Positions 1 through 14,719 of a stretch of 64,000 nt of DNA are shown here, piece by piece. This stretch comes from Rhizophagus irregularis (taxonomy: Eukaryota), in the NCBI RefSeq assembly GCF_026210795.1, contig NC_089432.1, positions 1,054,001 through 1,118,000 on the forward strand. Reading direction: 5' to 3'. The position numbers and the translations under genes are program-made. The notes beneath the pieces are model-generated. The model had not been told where the DNA came from. It searched no databases and worked only from the letters and a program-made list of their open reading frames with translations. Position 1 is the stretch's first letter; each line of letters opens with the position of its first letter.

Positions 1-648
1 ATGACGTTTAGCTTCGAAGACTATATTGTTATTACATACACAGTATATACTGCGGAGTGGATTAACATGACTCCTTAACATACAGTGGATTTTTTTAATT
101 AGCCTAATTTACTATATTATACTCTACAAATGACAATTCATGACGTATTACATTATAGGGACGAATTATTATATATAGATAACGATATTGTTTGAAATTT
201 CAGGGTTTCATTATTTAATGTTAAGATCATCATCTTAACGACCCCATTTGATAATACAATATCATCACAATATCACTTATCGTTACGATATAGATATAAA
301 TATAATACAGATGGTTTACATAATAAAGTATTTTTGTATAATGTCAAATTGACGGGATTTTTGATTTTACCTTACGTTAAGACAAAAAAATTTAATATAA
401 AAACCCGTTTTAACCCATTTAACAGTTAACAACCTTACGGTAGGTCGTTTTATAAGTTGTATGAATAGTTATAGTTTTCATTTTCTATTTCTTTCTTTTC
501 GGTTACTTTTTTTGAGTTTTGCTAACTTTTTTGCCGATTATTTTTTTTTAAAAAAATTTTCAAAAAAAAAATTATTTGTTATTCATTTCACTTTACATAG
601 ATTTTATTTATTTGGACATTTTTTGACAATGACTCTTACGTTTAAAAT

Positions 649-880
649 TATATAATTATATAAAATTTACTAGTAGGTTAAATCGCCCAGGCTAAATCAC
701 CCCGGGTTAAAATTAGTCTTATACATTTTTTTTCTTCTCAAAATCTTGTTCTAACGTCTTTTTTTATATAATTATATAAAATTTACTAGTAGGTTAAATC
801 GCCCAGGTTAAATCACCCCGGGTTAAAATTAGTCTTATACATTTTTTTTCTTCTCAAAATCTTGTTCTAACGTCTTTTTT
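649..880. repeat. Tandem duplication, 2 x ~116 bp
   Basis: tatataattatataaaatttactagtaggttaaatcgcccagg...ctaacgtctttttt occurs at ~649 and ~765, nearly identical. Confidence 0.9.
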
Positions 881-1938
881 TTCTTTTGTAGTTTCAATGT
901 TTATCTTCGAAAATGTCTTTGTAAATAAGAAAGAAGCTAAAATTGGCTTCTTTTACTCTTTATTTTTTATTAGAGGATTGTTTAAATAATTTTTAATTAG
1001 GGTGGCTTAGAATTGGCACGTGATATTACGGATGCACCAATATCCACTGCTTATCATAGAGCAAAATTTAAACCACAGGGTTAACCAAAATGGTGCTCAT
1101 TCTAAAGACGCATGCATTAGTTGCCAGTATGGTTGATTTCTCTGATTTTATTTTACTGAGTAATCATAATGATATTAAAATTATACTTAGAAAATTGATC
1201 ACATATCGGAGTTTTTTTGATATTGAAATGATATCATTTAAAATAATGAGATTTCTGTAAAGAATAACTTTTCACATAATGATTGAAGTCTTTTTGCAAA
1301 AGCTGAGAAGTACTGTTTTTAAAAAATAAATCGACCAAGAAACACAAATGAAGTCACGATTTATATTAAGACAAGAGAACAAGAAGTTAATGAGTTATTA
1401 TCCGAAAATCATCTGGTTATTATCAAAAGTAAGTAAGTATCCCTCTCTCTATTTGTATTAAATCAATTATTCTTGCTGAACTTGTTCTTAATTACCAATA
1501 AAGATAGTGTAAATGAGTGCTTTGGAGAAACAGCACGAGATTCCATTGACGACGTCTCGAAAAATAGCATAAAAGAGTCTTGGTCACGTATAATCTAGGA
1601 CTTAAATTGATATAAATCATTCACACAACTTTTCATTGATACACAAAGAAGGAGTAATAATGGTGATCATGGGTAAAAATTCGCCTCGCAGAGAAGGCCA
1701 AAAGGAATCATGACAGGTTTCCAAAAGTATCACAATGATATTGACATAAACCAATTGGAATCCAGGGAGAAAGAATGATGAACAATGAATAGAGATACGT
1801 GAACGTATAACAATTGGTACCGAAAAATTTAATATCAATCAATGGCAACAATTGCGCTCTTCTCTTCAAAAATGTGTCAGAAATTTGTATAATTAATCAC
1901 AAGAATTTAAATTTATTGGAGTTGTCAATAAAAGCTGG

Positions 1939-2590
1939 CTACAATTGATTATATTTTTTAATCATCATGTTCATTTCTTCAACTAACGGATCATTTCCGT
2001 TCGCTTCACAAAAAACTTTCCACGCAAGTGTATCGTAATCCACACGAGGATCATATTCTGATTCTTCAGGTAAATAATCATTATCATCATCCAGCACCTC
2101 AGCTGAATCATTAGGGTTAGAATTTCCATCAGTTTTCTTTTTTGATGAAGAACGAAAATATGTTAATACGAGCAATGAAAATTTCGAAACAATTCATAAT
2201 AAATAATATTTGTTATACGGAGGAAAATACTGATTCCAATATCTCACCAGAATCCTTCAGCTCATTTTCACATGTTTCGTTTTCATCAGTCCCCTGGCCT
2301 CGTGAGATATAACCATGAATAATAGTATAATCATCCTTAGCGTAATTTCGAGAAACGTATACTGCACAAATATCATAATAATTAATGATAATTTTTTAGG
2401 TTTCAAGAGGTCCCTAATGATACGTTTAATGTTTGGAATACCCACAAATGCCGAGATAATAATGAATGGTAATTTATTGGAATTTAAGACATCCCTATAA
2501 ATACTTTTAATATTTGGAATATCTGGTTGATTTTTTTCATTTGTGTAATCGCTAGGAAGTTTGAACCCCGGTGTTTGTCACTGCATTATT
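1939..2590 (-). pseudogene. Decayed hypothetical gene with an internal 24-aa repeat (IPNIK..I.RD.L) and an acidic C-terminus
   Basis: Minus-strand reading ...DIPNIKSIYRDVLNSNKLPFIIISAFVGIPNIKRIIRDLLKPKKLSLII, plus ORF 1939-2175; broken by stops and frame changes; family not recognised. Confidence 0.3.
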
Positions 2591-3689
2591 TCAGCTAATT
2601 ATCCGGACAGATTCTATTTAACATTTGCAAATTACATAAAACTATTTTGTTATTTTATATGATTAGTAGTGTCGTCACATTAATAAAATCTAAACTGGAT
2701 TTTTTGGTTAGAAGATCAAATAAAAGACAATTGTTCGGGTATGTCGTTTGTTCGTAATATAAATATTTGGCAGTCAAATCATTAGAAATATTAGAAATTA
2801 CGTAATAATTATATATCCGAATTACGCAATGGATAAAGACGATGATGATTCATTCGCAATTAATTGGACTTTTAAAAAAAATTTTACCTTTCTTCACATT
2901 GCAAAACAATGCCTTTCAGGCGTGCCCATTCACTTCACTACAATAGATTTCCAATATTATTGAAAAACGTAAACAATCTACTTAACCTAGCATAAAATAT
3001 CAGATATTATAGTATTGCGTTACTCTTAACTTGTAATAAAGATGTAAAGTAAATTCTTCTGAAATAAGAAGACCATTAACGACAAAAAGGGCACCTGAAT
3101 AGTGCACTTCGAGCGGTTACCAAGTAGTCATACATAATAGTTCTTCGATAAAAGTTGCCCTTCTTTGTAAAATAAAATATGTCCTTTTGTCCACCATAGT
3201 AAAAGGGCTTTAGTCGAACACTTCACTTCCTCTAAAAACGGGCAGTCTAACTATTATCTAGATTCTACCAAGAAGTTTCCAAGGAAAGCAACGAAGAAGT
3301 ACCAATTACTTCATGGCAACGGTTCCGATGTAACAAAATTAAACAATTAAGACACGATGCATTTGGTCTTATGGTATCATGAATATTGTTTTAAACGATT
3401 ATCTCGTATTGTAACATTCTTATTTATTTTTAACAGCGTACACATATATCGAAATTAATGAATATAAACTACCACAATATTGTTAACAGTACTATCTAAC
3501 TAAATTCTGCTATCGGTACACGTATTTTTTTAGGTGACGAATTTGACTTTCGACACTATGGGTGGCGGAATGATGGTTTAGTTGGTAATGATAGTACTTT
3601 CCTAATAGTACTTTCCTAAATAATAAAAAAATGAGATTAAACTGCGGAATGACATGTTTGAAGATTATGATGTAGGTTCCTACCAATAA

Positions 3690-5400
3690 TGAATATAGGG
3701 TAGATACTACAGTGATGATGTTTAAAAAAATTCGCATTTTCCGTTGGGAGCGGTATAGGCCATCATAAGTCAAATCTGTGCTAAATATTTAATTTCGCTC
3801 CCTATTGGTTTTACATGATTAGCAGGGTAAACGCACATCAGTTAAGTTATAACAGTGATACCTACCACAAATTAATATACCGTATGTTTCCAGACCAGCT
3901 ACATAACCGTAAATACTAATAAAATAGTCTATTGACCCTTTCATGAATTCTGCTAACTTTATTATACGTTGATTTATGGTTATATTGCAATAAGGTGGCT
4001 TTATCTCGCCAAATATGAGTTCCCTGTCGGTGTCATCAATATTTGCGAGGATCCAAAAGTGGGTTTTCTACCATGGTTGTGACCATTTAATAAGCATCTT
4101 TCCTTAGAACTTTCAGATTTGCCATTTGCCCTTTATTCAATAATGAGATGAACTTACCCTATTGTATTCAATTATTGTTAAGTCCGTAAGACGAACTTGG
4201 TTCCATATCTTTTCGGAACATTTGACGTATTCTGGTTTAAGTCAATTGCAATACATAATCGACGATAAATACCTGTATTAATGTACAAATATATTAAAGT
4301 CAAATTTTGCGATTTTTGCATAAAAAATATTTAAAGTATCATATCGATCTCTTTCGCATATGATAAAGTTTGGAATGATTTTCAATTTGTTGATTCTAAC
4401 AAAAATCGATGGAGATCCTGTGTTGTCCACTATACAAAAGAGAACAGGATTAGATTATACCAGGATAAAGAAATCAAGAAATCTCAAACCGATATTTTTT
4501 AATACTTACGTCATTTTCAGAGGCATTATTTATAACAACACTATCAATCGCATGACTCCACCTTGAATAATAAGAACAAGATCAACTATGCTTATTTTTG
4601 AAAGAATCATCAAGACATCAACCTTATATTTTCCCCTGTCTGTCCTATAAAAGGATTATTATCATCCTCACGTGTTATCCTTACATCAGAACAATTGTTG
4701 TCGCTTGGCTTTGAGAGGAATGATGCAGATTAGAAATGCCTGGCTTTGCAATGTAATATAGAACGCATATCAAGATTCCTGGAGTGAAATCACTGAAAAA
4801 AGAGATAGATCAGTTTCCTAGATAGATCAGTTTCCTTCTCATCAGCTGAGCTAGATGATTCGTCTTTAATATACTCTTCTTTGTCGTTCTGGAGTTCGTC
4901 TTCGATAGTAGTAGTAGTTTTGACCTACATACCAAATTCATTTTCGTTTGTATAAGCCTCAAATTATCGGTTAAAGAATAAAGAAGATTTACAGCCTTAT
5001 GTTTTTTGTTTCTTCATTGCCTGATTGTTTACAATTTTCATAGGATCGTTTATTCCCTCGAATCACATTGGAAGATCCACCGATTTGTATTCCATCACAA
5101 GTCAAATCACAAGACAAAAATACGTTTTCTGCGTTTATCTTTTTATTCACCGCCACATTATGATGTTTCAATCTAAGTAACGACTTCAACCAAAAGTTAT
5201 CGATACGCCCCATCTTTTTAGATTCAACCTTGGATAGATAGATTATACATTAACATGTGTCAAGATATTGGAAAACAAAAAATTCCTGATCGTGGCTTGT
5301 CACAAGCTGGCTACAGCAGAGACTAGTCCATAACCATACGAAGATGCAGTTCTATGGTTAGCTGTAGTATTTTGTGTTTGAGAAACAATGAAATATTCAA
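3690..5400 (-). pseudogene. PD-(D/E)xK (restriction-endonuclease fold) nuclease-like pseudogene
   Basis: Manual minus-strand translation ~4130-3740: ANGKSESSKERCLLNGHNHGRKP/(D)FWILANIDDTDRELIFGEIKPP...IKLAEFMKGSID...YGILICG-[intron]-SEIK/FSTDLTYDGLYR. Frameshifts present, including at the PD motif; ORF 4989-5213 is probably part of the N-terminus. Confidence 0.65.
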
Positions 5401-6182
5401 TAAACTAACTTTAGGATTAAATATTAAAGTCATAGTATTAAGTGGCGTGGCGAAAAACTTAAATTAGAAATTTGAAATTAAATTTACAATTATAGTAAAA
5501 ATTTACAATTATGGTAATAAAAAACATTGTATAGTACAATTTGCGTTTCTCCGAAGTATGATGCTATAAATACAATCATTTTATTCAAAATGTGAAATTT
5601 GAAATATCAAAAAAAAAAACAAAATCTAAAGTAGAAATAGATGAGCACAAAAATTTGGCACATTTTTATTGGATACAAAAATCGATCCCAGTCCGGATCG
5701 GTCCTCAAATTTCAGACCAAAGACCAGGAAGACCGGTCCCAAGTCCGATCCAACCTATAAATTAACCTTGATTTTCAAGACGTGTCGCACTTTTCCTTTC
5801 CTCTTCCGTGCCATTTTTTTTTGAAAAAACATACGTACGTATATAAAAAATAAAAATATTAGGTTAAACCCGCAAAAATCATCTAATTTAATAATTTTCA
5901 AATTTATTTTCATTCACCCAGATGAGTTTAATTATTAGAATAGTTCAATCGATTTTTTAGCGTCGTAACTAAAAAAAAAAATCAAAGCATCGAAATTTCA
6001 GACTACTTTCGCCACCCGTAAATGTCACATTGACGTTGAATGAATAAATAATCTTATGAATGTTGTTTATTAATATAATAAAATTGATATAAACATATAC
6101 AAATGTTATAAATACAATAAAATGTTAAATTTACAATAATTGTTATAATAAATACTAATTTACATTATCATAAAAAATTGAA

Positions 6183-8285
6183 TTATATATAAATCATTCT
6201 CTCCGAAAATTCTTTAAGTTTATCTTGTGCATCTTGATCTCCTTGTTCAGCAGATTTTTTGTACCAAGAAATTGCTTGATTCATATCTTTTTGAATCCCC
6301 ATTCCATTTTCATACATCAAAGCAAGATTATATTGAGCATAACTACTTCCTAAATTTGCTGCTTTTTGATATGATTCAAATGCCATTTGCATATTAACAT
6401 CAGTTCCAATTCCATTTTCATAAAAATAACCTAATTTATTTATTCCCATTGCGTCTCCTCTCTCTGCTAACATTTTAGAGAATTCAAATGCTTTGTTAAG
6501 ATCTTTGTCAACGCCCTCTCCATTTTCATATAAAACAAGAAGATTATATTGAGCTATAACGTTCCCTAAATTTGCTGCTTTTTGGAATAACTCAAACGCC
6601 TTTTGTTTATTAACATCAGTTCCAATTCCCAAACTATAACAATACCCTAACATACTTATTCCACTTGGATATCTTTTTCCCGCTAATTTCTCGAATAACT
6701 TAAAAGCTTTAGTATAATTTTTATGAGTATCTTCTCTATACATATTGGCAAGATCAAATTGAGCTACGATATTTTCTGACTTTGCTGCTTCTTGATATAA
6801 ATCAAACGCCTTTTGTTTATCGCAATCAATTCCAATTCCGTTATAATATAAATACCCAAGCAAATAATTTGAATTCGAAGTATCTTGATTATATAAAAGC
6901 CAATTATAGATCTCATTAGAACTTATGTTGAGATTTTTAATAAAATCAAGAACATGTTTCTTTCTTATTTTTCCTTCTTTTTCTTCGTTTAACTCCTTAG
7001 AAATAAAATCAACCAAATTATCAACGCTTTTATTATAATAAGAATTGAGTTTTTGTCTGGTTTCTTTTATCGATTCTAATTTAACGACTACTTGATTCAT
7101 AAATGGCCTTTTATCTGGATTATCATTCCAACATTCTATATAAAATATAAATAAATTTATTATATTAATGAACATCAATTACGTTAAAATTAGATATTAA
7201 AATCACAAATTGTACTTACCGATATAAAGATTCGAATAATCAAGAGGAGTATCTGGAACGATATTTTCTCTATAACCATTTACAATTCTCATAATTAAGC
7301 TAGCATCATATAATTCATTTTTAAATGGTGGTTGACCGCTCGATATCTCCCATAGAAGCACTCCAACACTGTAAACATCACATTTTTCATTTGGTTTCAT
7401 GTGATTATCATTACTGATGAACTTTTTTGGATCGATATAAGGCGCGATACCAAATAAGTCTGCTCGTTGTTTTTTGGTTGCCTCCTTGATTCTTTTTGAT
7501 AAACCAAAGTCGGCTAATTTAACAGTACCTTGATGAACTAAAACATTTCCGGAATGCTATTATAGAATATAAAAACAATATATAATTAAGTCTTAAATTA
7601 TCAAAATCAAATAATTTAATGAATTTATAAATTACCAAGTTACAATGTACAATTCCTTTCTCATGTAAGCAAGATACAGCATTGGCTAACTGGTAAGCTA
7701 GCTTGTATTTATGTTCTAGAGTAAGATTTTTAAAGTTTTCTTTTAAATAATTTCGAAGAGGACTATCAGCATACTCCATTACTAATAAATATTTCTTTAA
7801 ATGATCGGGTTGACATTCTAATTAAGAGAAATAATTATAATTAACTTAAATTATTAAAAAATCAATGAAATATATATTTAAATATATTCTATACCTTTTT
7901 CTGTAATCCCACATAAACGAATAACATTGTTATTTAAGTCCTTTTCACGTTGTAGTTCAAGCTAATATAACGTTATATAAATGTAAATATCGTAGTCCGA
8001 GATATAAAATTAATATTATTATTAAAAGTTTTTAATTACCTCATGAATAATTTCTTTTACAGTATCGTTATCAAGGTTAAAAAAAGATTTTAACGCAAAG
8101 TATTGATCCGAGTTTTTTTTTTCTGCACGATAAATTTTTCCGAAGGCCCCATTTCCAATTTTTTGAATATTATGAAAATGTTTGTAATCGTAACATTCTA
8201 AATTTTTTTTAGAAATAGCATCTTCAATTAAACCAATCCATTCATTTGAATTTTTGACAGCTTGAATTTCAATTTTATTAGACAT
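6183..8285 (-). CDS. Tyrosine-kinase-like (probable pseudokinase) domain plus six Sel1-like repeats; exons 8285-8040, 7961-7895, 7817-7636, 7556-7220, 7135-6183
   Basis: GT-AG introns join in frame: IGNGAFGKIY, FALK, MEYAD, HCNLHSGN, LADFGLSK, PYIDP, DVYSVGVLLWE, CWNDNPDKRP, followed by SLRs (LGYCYSLGIGTDVNKQKAFELFQKAANLG). Confidence 0.9.
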
Positions 8286-9524
8286 GGGAAAAAAAATAAG
8301 AAGTGAAAAAGTAAAAAAAGTAAAAGAGTTCAAAGGGGTAACGATTAAAGAATTTAAATAAGTTTCATTTTCCCAATTAGTAATATTGTTGACGTTTTTG
8401 GCTTAGACGATTAATTAAAGTTTGAAATTACGTATATCACGTGTTATAATGATGGTACCTGACCTGGAGACTGGATCCCGGTACTGTATTGTCACGTGAG
8501 AGCATCTCCAAATGGCAAGATTTTCAAAATCGTCAAACTCCAAAAGGTAATCCATGTTCATTATCTAATTCCGGAATTTTTTACGGACGTGACGCAGTAA
8601 ATTTCCAGTAAATTTTATAAACATCAGAAAAAATTGTCTTTTTTGATTATTCCAAATAGTATATGCACGATTATAATCAAACTTTTAAATTTTCTGGCCC
8701 TTTTAAAATACATGCATTAACGTTAACGTATCTAATATATCCGGTCACATGTTCCGATGCAAGAAATGAATTTCCGTAATTTTTAAAACTTTTTCGGAGT
8801 ACCAACGTGGAATTATTTTTCTACTAGGGTGCAGACTTTTTCTTTTTTTTAGCTACGTCACTCATTAACTTTTAGAAAATTAATTATTATGGCCATTTAA
8901 CGGTTTTAACCATATTTTTATATTTTATTTGTAACGTTTAAATTATACAAATGGTTACGAAAATGTTATTTCATTGTATTTACAAAATCGATCATGCGAC
9001 TCTGAAGATCGAAGCTTACGTGAATAACGGGATTATTGTATCTATTAACGGTTTATTACTTATTTCTTAATTCTTTTATTAATTTTATTTCATTAGTTTT
9101 ACTTCTTTTTCTTACTTCAAGTGCATATATATTTTTTTCTGGTACTCCAGTTGGCCAATTTTTCATACTCAATTTTATATATTAATTTTTCGTTCTTTGA
9201 ATCTTCATTTTCTTTGCATTCAATATTGATTCTTCGTTTTTTCATTAGTAGATTTATTTATATGGGATGTAATTATTTTGTTTATATACATATATATATA
9301 TATTTCATTTTTTGATTTTGATTTTTGTTGTTTGTTTATTAATTTGTATAATTGATAGTTTAATATTAAGTAAACCCAATAGCATGACTTTGTTGTTCAC
9401 TGATAGTCAAAGTGATCTAGAAATTCATAAATTGCAAATACTTATATTTATTTCACGCTATGTACGTATTTTATAAAAAACATGTCACAACGATGAGATG
9501 CAGCAATGTTGATCAGGACCTCGA

Positions 9525-9690
9525 GGAAGGGGAAAAAGGGAAGGAGAAAAGACGAGAGAGGGAAAGGGAAGAGGAAGGATGAGAGAAAAGGAAAGGGAAG
9601 GAAAGAGCAAGGAAATATACGTAAATATTCACACACCCGCACACCCACTGATGACTGACCCACACACACCCACACCCACACCTACACAAC
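9525..9690. repeat. Low-complexity GA-rich tract followed by a CA-rich tract
   Basis: gaggaaggggaaaaagggaaggag... then cacacacccacacccaca. Confidence 0.7.
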
Positions 9691-9747
9691 AACGTGTAGA
9701 ACGCTTATTATTGTATAATTATCGATTCGGATACTCCTATTCTAATA

Positions 9748-10650
9748 TTATTTCCCTGAAAGTAAATTAAACTTACTTTGTGCATAATTGTATCCTTGTT
9801 CAGCAGACTTTTTATACCAATAAATTGCTTGATCTATATCTTTTATAATTCCATTTCCATTTTCATACATTGAAGCTAAATTATATTGAGCTATATAATT
9901 ATTCAAATTTGCACCTTTTTGATATAACTCAAAACCCTTTTGTTTATTAACATCAGTTCCAATTCCATTATAATGACAATAACCAGTATTATTTATTCCA
10001 GTTGAATTTCCTAATTCTGCTGCTTTTTGATAAAATTCAAATGCTTTTTGCCAATCAGCATAAGTTCCAATTCCTTTTTCATAACAATATCCTAACTTGT
10101 TTATAGCATTCGGAATTCCTTTTTCTGCTAATTTATTTGATAATTCAAAAGCTTTATTATGATTTGTTTTAATACCATTTCCATGAATATATATTTCAGT
10201 TAGATCTAATTGTGCCACACAATTATTATTATTCATTTCCATCGCTTTTTGATATAATTCAAATGCTTTTTGCATATTAATATTTGTTTCAATTCCATTA
10301 TAATTAAAATATCCAAGTAAATAAATAGAATTTGATGATTCATTTTGATTATTTAAAAGATAATTATAAATTTCTTGTGAGATTATTCCTTGATTAATAA
10401 TAAAGTTAATAACATGTTTCTTTATTACTTCTTTATATACTCCCTCATTTAATTTTTTAAAAATCATATCAATTAATTCATCTATTATCATATTTAAATT
10501 TCCATCAAAAATATTTTTATTGATATTTTTAATTGTAGGTTCTATTTCTTTTGTACTATCTATTTTATTGAAATTTTGAATAATTTGAGAATATTCATTT
10601 GATAAATTATTGATATTCAAAAGGTTATTATTAATTTGATTATCAAACAT
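9748..10650 (-). CDS. Intronless kinase-less Sel1-like repeat protein, 5 repeats
   Basis: 300-aa ORF; SQIIQNFNKI..KEIEPT cap, then LLGYFNYNGIET..QKAFELYQKA-type repeats ending in QAIYWYKKSAEQG. Confidence 0.92.
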   Translation of the reverse strand: MFDNQINNNLLNINNLSNEYSQIIQNFNKIDSTKEIEPTIKNINKNIFDGNLNMIIDELIDMIFKKLNEGVYKEVIKKHVINFIINQGIISQEIYNYLLNNQNESSNSIYLLGYFNYNGIETNINMQKAFELYQKAMEMNNNNCVAQLDLTEIYIHGNGIKTNHNKAFELSNKLAEKGIPNAINKLGYCYEKGIGTYADWQKAFEFYQKAAELGNSTGINNTGYCHYNGIGTDVNKQKGFELYQKGANLNNYIAQYNLASMYENGNGIIKDIDQAIYWYKKSAEQGYNYAQSKFNLLSGK

Positions 10651-13600
10651 TTGTAAAAGATAAAGTGTAAGAAAGAAACTAAAATAACGTTAAAATATAT
10701 AAATTTTTTTTTTTGTTTTACTTTGGTGGTACTGTAGGTGCAGTTGCACAAAATCTTTTAAATCATTCTTAGTTGTATCTGCGGCTTTATTGATAGTCCC
10801 GTGTAACATCATCGGCCAATCTCGGAAAAAGGCTAATTTTTGAATGAAATTTTTAATGATTCCATTTTTAGCAGGTTATGCCATATTACGGTGTCCCGGT
10901 CCGATGATCTTTCCGAGTCCAGTCGAATATTTTTATTATACGCTAGTAACGCTACACAGAAAAATAATAATAAAACTCATGCAAATAATGTTATTTGTTT
11001 GTATCGTGTTAAGATATACAAAAAAAAATTAAATAATTACTCATACTCGTACGAAGGAAATCACATGATGTGACATAATCTAGTTTGTTATCAGTATGTA
11101 AATATTTACTTTTATTGCTTTTTCTTTAGATCTACTCCCTGTTTATGTGTTTGTGGATTTGTGAATCTATCTCTTATCATAGAATCAAATTAATAAACAG
11201 TACTAATATAATTCTTTTATTTATAGAATCTCCTATGTTGTCCTTAGAATTTCTTTATCATTGTAGTAAGTCGCATATTTCGATTAATAATTAATATTGT
11301 ATTCCTAAAATTTTCTATTGAAAAATGAATTGTTTATTTGTATTATAAATTTTCATATTTGGATTAGATATTTAAGGTTTGAATCTTGTAACTCATTCAA
11401 TTAATGATTTCTTAATAAAATTATCCAAAAGTCAATACGAGATCCATTAATCATGAGATTCTTTCATTTGTAGATATTTTATTTTATGTACAAGAAAATA
11501 CAAGAAAATATATTATGAAGAAAATAGAATAAAATAATAGCTATTCAAAAGTTCAACGGTTAAATGCTACCTATGGGATGTATCTTGGAATAATTGTTGA
11601 ATACCTTGAATGCTTGAGACGACTTAGATGTCAGCGTTTCACCCAGGAAATTTGTATTTGTAATTGCCTGTCTGGGCAAACACATTTTCTTTCAGGAGTG
11701 TAACGATTATAGAACTATTACTGCATGAGGTCTCATGTTGTCAACGAATGGCATTATCATTTCGAATTTGTCATACAGACCACTACTGAAAACCTTACAC
11801 TAGGATATATGTTACTCATAGAGAAAGCAGCAATTTCATTTGCTTGATCTATTTCTTATTATGTCCTGTCATGGATGTTTTAACTGGTCGCTAAAGATGG
11901 ACACTAGTATCTGTTACTGGTATACAACGGACTTTTTGAAGAAAAGGCAGTGTCAATGGGGGACGTTGTAAGAATCGGTTAATTTCAGGATATGTCTAGT
12001 AAGAATAGTCGTTATCTGTCAACTTATAAAACGGCCACTAAATTTATAATTCAAATGAAGGATGAAGTAGAAAGTCAGTACAAACAATATCAGGTAATAA
12101 AAAATTTTTTTATCTTATAATAATTAAATTTAATCATTTATTAATTATTACTATCATAGAAAATAAATCATATCTGTTATACAAGTAGAAGTGATGTAAT
12201 ATTTGCCTATTACTATTAAATGATAGTGTGTCGCCAACGATCTAACGTCATGCCAATTGGGAGAATATTTACTGAAGAGATTTTTCTTATTCAAACATTA
12301 GGGGGTTTTGTGCCATGTAAAATAGTACGTTTATATTTTTTTGTCACATAATTCATATTCATTAGAAAAAAGAACAGGATATAAAATTACTACTTCACTT
12401 TTAACCGCAATCAAATATAGAGTTACATAATATCATTGAACTGTGTATTACACATATTAAACGTGTTAGTTTTTATTTTTTTTTCTTTTAAATTCATGGA
12501 TTTTTTAAACAAAAAAAAAATGATAAACGAAAATTTATTTCGAATTCATTTTATAAAAACAATAAATAAATTAACCATATAATATTCAACCAATTTTTAT
12601 TTTAAAATGATTTTTGAGAGATTCTTTTTGTTTTATAACAACTAAAACAAATATTTTTTTTTTGTTTCGTAACAATTAAAACAAATATTTTTTTTTGATT
12701 CGTGACAATTAACAATAACTGTAATTTGGCGTAGTTGCAATTAAAACAAACAAAAAACGGATTAAGGGGTCCATTATGTGATAATCACATGATTTACGCA
12801 GAATTACCGTTTATCACCACCCCCTAAAAAAATATGTAAAGGGGTTTCGCAAATAAAGCGATGAAAAAAAAAATTTTTTTTTTTATAACATAAGGAAGCA
12901 AGGAGCTTTGTAAATAACATTACAATTGGTAATTTTTTTATTTAAATCAATGATTTTTTTTTGTTTTAGAACTTACAAGAAAATATGTTAACCGTGTTAA
13001 AGCCTGTGTAGCTTTTCACAGGAGTTTACATACAGGTGAATCTATCGACCAAAGTCATAATCGCATAGATCAACAAGTTTGGATACGAAAGGTATTGACA
13101 AGTAATTTAGCAGATCATTTAAATTTTGATTAAATAGCAAAACTTAATTTAAAAATTATTATTTTTTTTGTACATTAAGAGCGTATTTCGCGACTTGAAA
13201 GGGGAATGACATCCATACAAGAACAAATGAGCAGTGGGTTCGGCCAGATAATAAGAATGTTAGAACGTTTCCTAAATTCGCAAGAGCATTCCACGACAAA
13301 ATAAGTGGTCGAATGGTCACCTAACACTACTCAAGCTCAAAGGCTTGCTGTCAAGAATTGTATGTTTGTACTACTCTTTTTTTTTATATATATACAGTAT
13401 ATTGACTATATTGTCTAACTTTGTTTTTTTTGGATCAGTATTGCAAATAAACTATACCATAACTTGCCATCCAAACAATAATCTGACGGTTCTGACCACC
13501 TCCATCTTTCATGTTACTAATCGTGATATCAGCGATAGTGCACAAACTATTGAAGACGCTGTACTATAGACAACCTGGTGCCGGTATATTGGGAAGAATT

Positions 13601-14719
13601 TTTTCAATCAGGGCAGGGAGAAAGGATCACTTTTTGATACTTGAACATCGTGATGTTTTTCTTTAATTTTTTAATTTTTTTTCTTGTCAAAAAGTTTCAA
13701 TTATTTCCATTTTAGCATTGATTTATCTTCGTTGTAAATCATCTTGTGCTAGACTTCTTATTATTTTATCAATTTGAGTTTATTTTATATTTTTCAACAC
13801 TCTAAGTCTCTAATAAAAATATAACGCTTTTGATTTTATGTTGATTATTGACTAAATAGAAACATGTCATATTTTTCTTATTCGATTTTATCGAATATTC
13901 CGTTATTCTAGTTATTTCTGTCACGATAGTATTAATAACTCGCGTTACATATATTTCATTGAAAACTTAAATTCCTTTTGTTTGAGATAACACTTCCACT
14001 AGCATGTGAATTTCTGAGTATTTTTTTCTAGTAATCACGACTCTCACAAATTTTTGGCTTGTCTATAAGTGAAAATTTTTGCCAGAAACTTTTGGAATAC
14101 CCAAACTTCCAGGACGCAATGGACTTTCCAGAATATATTTAAATTTCAATTTTTCCCAGGAATTTTTCAGTGAACCACATTTTAGTGATCACTATAAGGT
14201 TTTGCTTGTTCAATTGCCTCTGCCCATTAAAAGTGAAGTGTGGGGCGCCTAACTACTGATAGATATCGTAACACTTATTGTAACACTTATTGGTATCAAA
14301 AAGTCAAAATGAAAATATTGTGTTTTACCAACTAGTGATTATGCACTTATAACTTCAATCCATTTCGATAATTTATTAAATAAATTATAATTTTTTACAA
14401 TTAAATAATTTATTTTATAAATTATTAGACAATTTATTATATTAACAACTTTTTTAATCGCTTTTTTAATAAAATAAATAAAATTAATCAGCGTAATAAT
14501 GAAATTTTTTGAGTTGTATTATATAAAATTATGTTTATTGAAAAATTATTGTCATACACGGCTTAATAAAAAAAACTCAGTTCATAATTTTGGAAATTTA
14601 AGAATTAAGGTTATTACTGAAATTTCTTAATAAAAAATCATTTTTTTTTTTAAAGAAAAACGAAAATAATATTTAATTTTATATAAAAAATTTTATTAAA
14701 AATTTAATAAAAATATTCA

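Noticed and set aside
8436..8500. CACGTG E-boxes upstream of kinase genes (also ~39408)
   Set aside because: The hexamer also occurs inside MITEs and intergenic DNA; no enrichment test possible here
11520..13620. Coding-like, higher-GC tracts with intron-like gaps
   Set aside because: Probably decayed genes or TEs, but no family could be recognised in the frames I read
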